A stretch of 41,191 bases of DNA from Candidatus Altiarchaeota archaeon (GTDB lineage: Archaea > Altiarchaeota > Altiarchaeia > IMC4 > SCGC-AAA252-I15), in the NCBI GenBank assembly GCA_043800255.1, contig JAZDNF010000004.1, positions 1 through 41,191 on the forward strand. Direction: 5' to 3'. Position 1 is the first letter of the stretch. Each line of letters opens with the position of its first letter. Below, piece after piece: positions 38,601 to 41,191 of the stretch. Under the pieces are notes generated by a model. The model saw nothing but the letters and a program-made list of their open reading frames with translations. It had not been told where the DNA came from and did no database searches. Made by a program: the position numbers and the translations under genes.

Positions 38601-40121
38601 AACTCTTCGAATACAATCCTGACGAACAATACTGCGAATTTGAATTACCGCGGAATTCACTCTTATGGCTCGAATTCAACGATAAATTCAAACACTTTCT
38701 GCAACAATACGAATGCGGACCTTTACTCTACAGACTGGATCGTAAGCTCCGGCGACAATAACTGGTGCGACATTCCTGACGGCTGGAACGACACCGGAAC
38801 GACAGGATGCACATATGCGTGCGGAGTGCAGGCGACCACAACAACCACGACATCCACAACGACAACCCTGGGCTCAACAACCACTTCCACATCAACTACG
38901 ACCACAATTCCCCAAATAGTAATAAACGAGTTTCTGCCGTATCCCCGGGGCAATAATCCAGAGTGGATAGAGCTCTACAATATCGAGAACTTTTCCGTGA
39001 ACCTCAGCGGATGGCGGCTCGACGATGCGGCAGACGGCGGCTCAAGCCCGTACACGGTTCCTAACGGCACTATCATAACTGCCAACGGGTTCCTTCTTTT
39101 CTACAACAGCAGCACAGGAATCGTTCTGGGGGATATGGGCGACACCGTCAGGCTACTGTACACTGACGGCCAGTTGGTCGACAGTTACACCTACTACTAC
39201 AGCCAGAGGAGCGTTTCCATAGGGAGGATGACAGACGGAGGCAGCGAATGGACCAACTTTGACGTGCCGACTCCGGGAACGTCAAACGAGGCCAGACTGA
39301 ACGACACAAGTCCTCCAACAGTGACGCTGGTCCAGCCTGAGAACAACTCTGTCGACCTTGACGGCACGGTTTTCATAAGCTACACGCCAGCGGACGCCTC
39401 ACTGATAACAGAGTGCGACCTGTACGCGAACACCGCCGGCCCATGGCAGCTGACGCAGGCTGACACGAGCATCTTTGTCAACTCCCGAAACGGGTTCGTC
39501 CTGACCGGGTTGTCCAACGGAACTTATATTTGGAACGTCCGATGCGCTGACGAGTTGGGTTACAGCGCATACGCCGCGAACAATTACACGTTCATAGTGA
39601 ACACGACGTCGAATGAGACTCTGCTGGTGCCGTTGAACATCACAGTCAACCAAACTGTCAACATAACGTCAAACGCGTCCAGGGTGAGGATTGACATAAA
39701 CGTCACCGAGAACATCTCAAACGTCAATGTGATAATCTCATCATACTACAACAACACCCACAATGCCTCGCTTTCCGTGCCAGGATTGGGCAAGTACATC
39801 TCCATAGAGTCAAGCTCCGAATTGGAGGACAGCCTGAACATGATATCATTGAGGATGTACTACACAGAAGACGAACTGCCCGCCAACCTCACAGAGGACG
39901 AACTAGGCATCTGGTGGTACAACGAGACGGAAGACGAATGGCAGATGCTCAACTCCAACACCATGGACTGGGTCAGAGCCACCGGAGTCAACAGAGGAGA
40001 GGACTACGTGTGGGCGAACGTCGAACACCTGAGCGAGTACACCATAGCCCAAGGAACCGAAACACAATCCATACCCCTAGTGATAGGCTGGAACCTCATA
40101 AGCATACCCCTGACCGTTTAG
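35640..40121 (+). CDS. Secreted mosaic protein: NosD-like beta-helix, PQQ-like beta-propeller, second beta-helix, lamin-tail domain, Ig-like domain, terminal GWNL motif
   Basis: Signal peptide; Asn-ladder repeats; WPMFRHD..HTG followed by SSPAV..G.VY.GS.D..YALNA.TG...W repeats; INEFLP..EWIELYN; ends IGWNLISIPLTV. Confidence 0.9.
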   Translation: MKRNFGFISLLGAVFAILLAVTSASAVECNCSTCDGCETQLSNSSCSVVKLTADITNYAGSCINNPTGFANKTFDCQGHAIDGDDYVYDSGIYLSGKSSNTIRNCVITDFYFGIQLASSNNTLLTDNIVSSNDNYGIGLATSSDNIVTNNTANSNTNQGIVISSYSLSNIISNNIANSNTGYGMFLASSSRNNTLSGNTVNSNRYGITVYSANNNTLLNNTVNSNNDYGIFLDLSSNVTLSGNTVSSNTNFGIELYSAPSNTILNNIVNSNKWGIYMGSSNNVTLSGNTVSSNSQYGIYSSSSSNNTLSSNTVNLNKYGIYSYGSSTNNITRNTVCASTTSDFQSNDWLSSSGDDNTCNVSGTWNDIGTTGCTYACPVHDWPMFRHDSEHTGYTTSSGPLQNTTLWNYTNAGLTSSSTAVLNGVVYVGAGDNRVYALNASTGTQVWNYTVGGAISYSSPAVSDGVVYIGSDDSKIYALNASTGAHAWNYTTGGQVRSSPTVSSGIVYIGSQDNKTYALNAFTGAHVWNYTTGNTISSSPAGSNGILYIGSDDNKTYALNASTGAHIWNYTTGGNVFSSPAISNGKVYVGSTDNRVYALNASTGAHVWNYTTGGGSGPLSSPAIYNDMVYLGACDNNFYALNASTGAHAWNYTTGSCDISSPAVSNGVVYVGSNGWIVYALNASSGTLIWSYTTGGLVVSSPAVSNGVLYVSSYDTRVYAFGSTTTTSTTTTSTTSTSTVSTTSTTSTTTTTILIECNCSSCSDCTAKLNNASCNVVKLTSSIANYNGSCVYSPANFTNKTFDCQDYDIDGVDSTDVFAGVYLDGKNNNRIQNCVITDFYYGIALWNSSNNSLLGNTAESNTYGIILSNQSSNNTLSGNALASNSANGIYMLYSSNGNNLTDNLMYANLWHGVSVYYSSNNLLRYNIATSNSQYGIYIGSSSNNTVVENNASANNASGIVIDHSSSDSISSNTANSNTDVWSYGIWLYNSSNTILTNNTANLNYRGIHSYGSNSTINSNTFCNNTNADLYSTDWIVSSGDNNWCDIPDGWNDTGTTGCTYACGVQATTTTTTSTTTTLGSTTTSTSTTTTIPQIVINEFLPYPRGNNPEWIELYNIENFSVNLSGWRLDDAADGGSSPYTVPNGTIITANGFLLFYNSSTGIVLGDMGDTVRLLYTDGQLVDSYTYYYSQRSVSIGRMTDGGSEWTNFDVPTPGTSNEARLNDTSPPTVTLVQPENNSVDLDGTVFISYTPADASLITECDLYANTAGPWQLTQADTSIFVNSRNGFVLTGLSNGTYIWNVRCADELGYSAYAANNYTFIVNTTSNETLLVPLNITVNQTVNITSNASRVRIDINVTENISNVNVIISSYYNNTHNASLSVPGLGKYISIESSSELEDSLNMISLRMYYTEDELPANLTEDELGIWWYNETEDEWQMLNSNTMDWVRATGVNRGEDYVWANVEHLSEYTIAQGTETQSIPLVIGWNLISIPLTV
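36880..37805 (+). repeat. About 8 intragenic repeats of about 120 nt (propeller blades)
   Basis: Recurrent near-identical DNA such as GCCTTGAATGCGTCTACTGGGGCACAT..TGGAATTACACGAC. Confidence 0.85.
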
Positions 40122-40205
40122 AAAGTCCGTGTCGGAGTCACAAGGCACTAAAGTGCATGCGCACAGCGACTGCAATACACCTGATAAACATTTGTTAAAG
40201 GTTGT

Positions 40206-40495
40206 GGGTTGTGGCCTGTAGTCCGTCTTATGTGAGCCTTTTTAGCGGCGTCGCCGCTGTTGGCTCTTTGGGCATTCTTCTAAGCCTACAGTTTTAGTAG
40301 TTGCACCACTGGCAGGCGGTGATCGTTTCAAACACCAGACGGGGCTCCTCAGCAAAACCCTCATAGTCTAACACCCCATTTGGATCTCGTCTCTGCAACA
40401 CCGCCGGAGACTCTCGCCTCCAAGTGTGCCATGATGTGGTGGACGGAACTTCCTCCGCGAACGCGAGTTCACGGGCAGCCCATCGGCCACTACCC
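40206..40495 (-). ncRNA. rnpB: RNase P RNA (archaeal, type-M-like)
   Basis: P1 GGGTAGTGGCC/GGCCACAACCC, CR-I GAGGAAGTTCCGTC, TGAAACG, GTGCAA, GAATGCCCA, CR-V ACATAAGACGGACTA; TTTTAAAC about 25 nt upstream. Confidence 0.93.
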
Positions 40496-40731
40496 GAGAA
40501 TAGATAATACACTACAGGTTTAAAAGCGTTGAAATCCAATTATATTATATGATGGTCAAAAGATGCGTGCTAGATCCGAACAGAACGTGTAATTCGTCAT
40601 GCATAGCGCACAGCCCCCAGGGATGTGCCGTGACAAACATGCCTTCTATGAGAAGATACTCTGAGGATTTAGGTCTGAAAGAAGTCTAGCGAAGTTCTAT
40701 TACGTGGATGGCTTGTCGCCAGGAGTGCATA

Positions 40732-41191
40732 GGGTGGTTAGGCGATTAGTACAGGTGGACTTAACACCTCGCCCGAAGGCTTGGTGCTTACATCCCCTGC
40801 CTATCAAGCCACTCTTTTAGGTGGAGCCTAAAGTCAACCTCTTTTTGGGAGTTGTTTCAGGCTTAGATGCTTTCAGCCTTTATCAACAACAGCGTGGCTA
40901 CCCGGCGATGCCCTGTCGGACAACCGGTACACTAGAGGCTGCGGTCCATCGTTCCTCTCGTACTAGATGATCCTTCCCCTCAGGTTGACAGCACTTCCAG
41001 TAGATGCCGCCAAACTGTCTCGCGACGTTCTAAACCCAACTCACGTACCACTTTAATGGGCGAACAACCCCACCCTTGGCTGCTTCTGCACAGCCAGGAT
41101 GCAGTGAGTCGACAGCGAAGTAGCAAGCAGCGGGGTCGATGTGTACTCTTACCCGCTACCACTCAGTTATCCCCGGGGTAGCTTTTCCATC
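40732..41191 (-). rRNA. 23S rRNA, 3' part (domains V-VI), truncated by the window edge
   Basis: GGGATAAC, TGTTCGCCCATTAAAG, sarcin-ricin loop AGTACGAGAGGAAC, GGCTGAAAGCATCTAAGCC; 3' end approximate. Confidence 0.97.

Noticed and set aside
40550-40680. Additional C/D sRNAs here, at 25513-25550 and at 34080-34116
   Set aside because: Isolated CTGA or ATGACGA words without correctly spaced C, D', C' and D boxes
40294-41162. ORFs 40294-40539 and 40980-41162
   Set aside because: They lie within RNase P RNA and 23S rRNA

Overview
Chromosomal segment of an archaeon (MCM, thermosome, type II GAPDH, Bud32, Taw1, archaeal 23S, TATA-box leaderless promoters). The lineage cannot be fixed from sequence alone; gene style and divergent rRNA would fit an uncultured group such as Altiarchaeota, which is only my inference. 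Most of the window is housekeeping, plus a VapBC-like pair, a glycogen gene pair, an AT-richer defence-like islet (collapsed type IIG R-M gene, DUF488, partner) and three large secreted mosaic proteins. Non-coding genes absent from the ORF track: intron-containing initiator tRNA-Met, a dual-guide box C/D sRNA whose two targets lie in the 23S fragment of this window, a type-M-like RNase P RNA and the 3' end of 23S rRNA. Best novelty candidates: (1) a 25-codon Ile-rich leader ORF with mutually exclusive pairings upstream of citramalate synthase (cimA), i.e. a candidate ribosome-mediated amino-acid attenuator in an archaeon; (2) two secreted proteins that both end at a GWNL(I/L)S(I/L)PL motif; (3) unusual 23S peptidyl-transferase-centre residues (A2503C) matched by the sRNA guide; (4) a structured, tRNA-like leader RNA before tRNA-iMet. 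All family calls come from motif recognition, not database searches.
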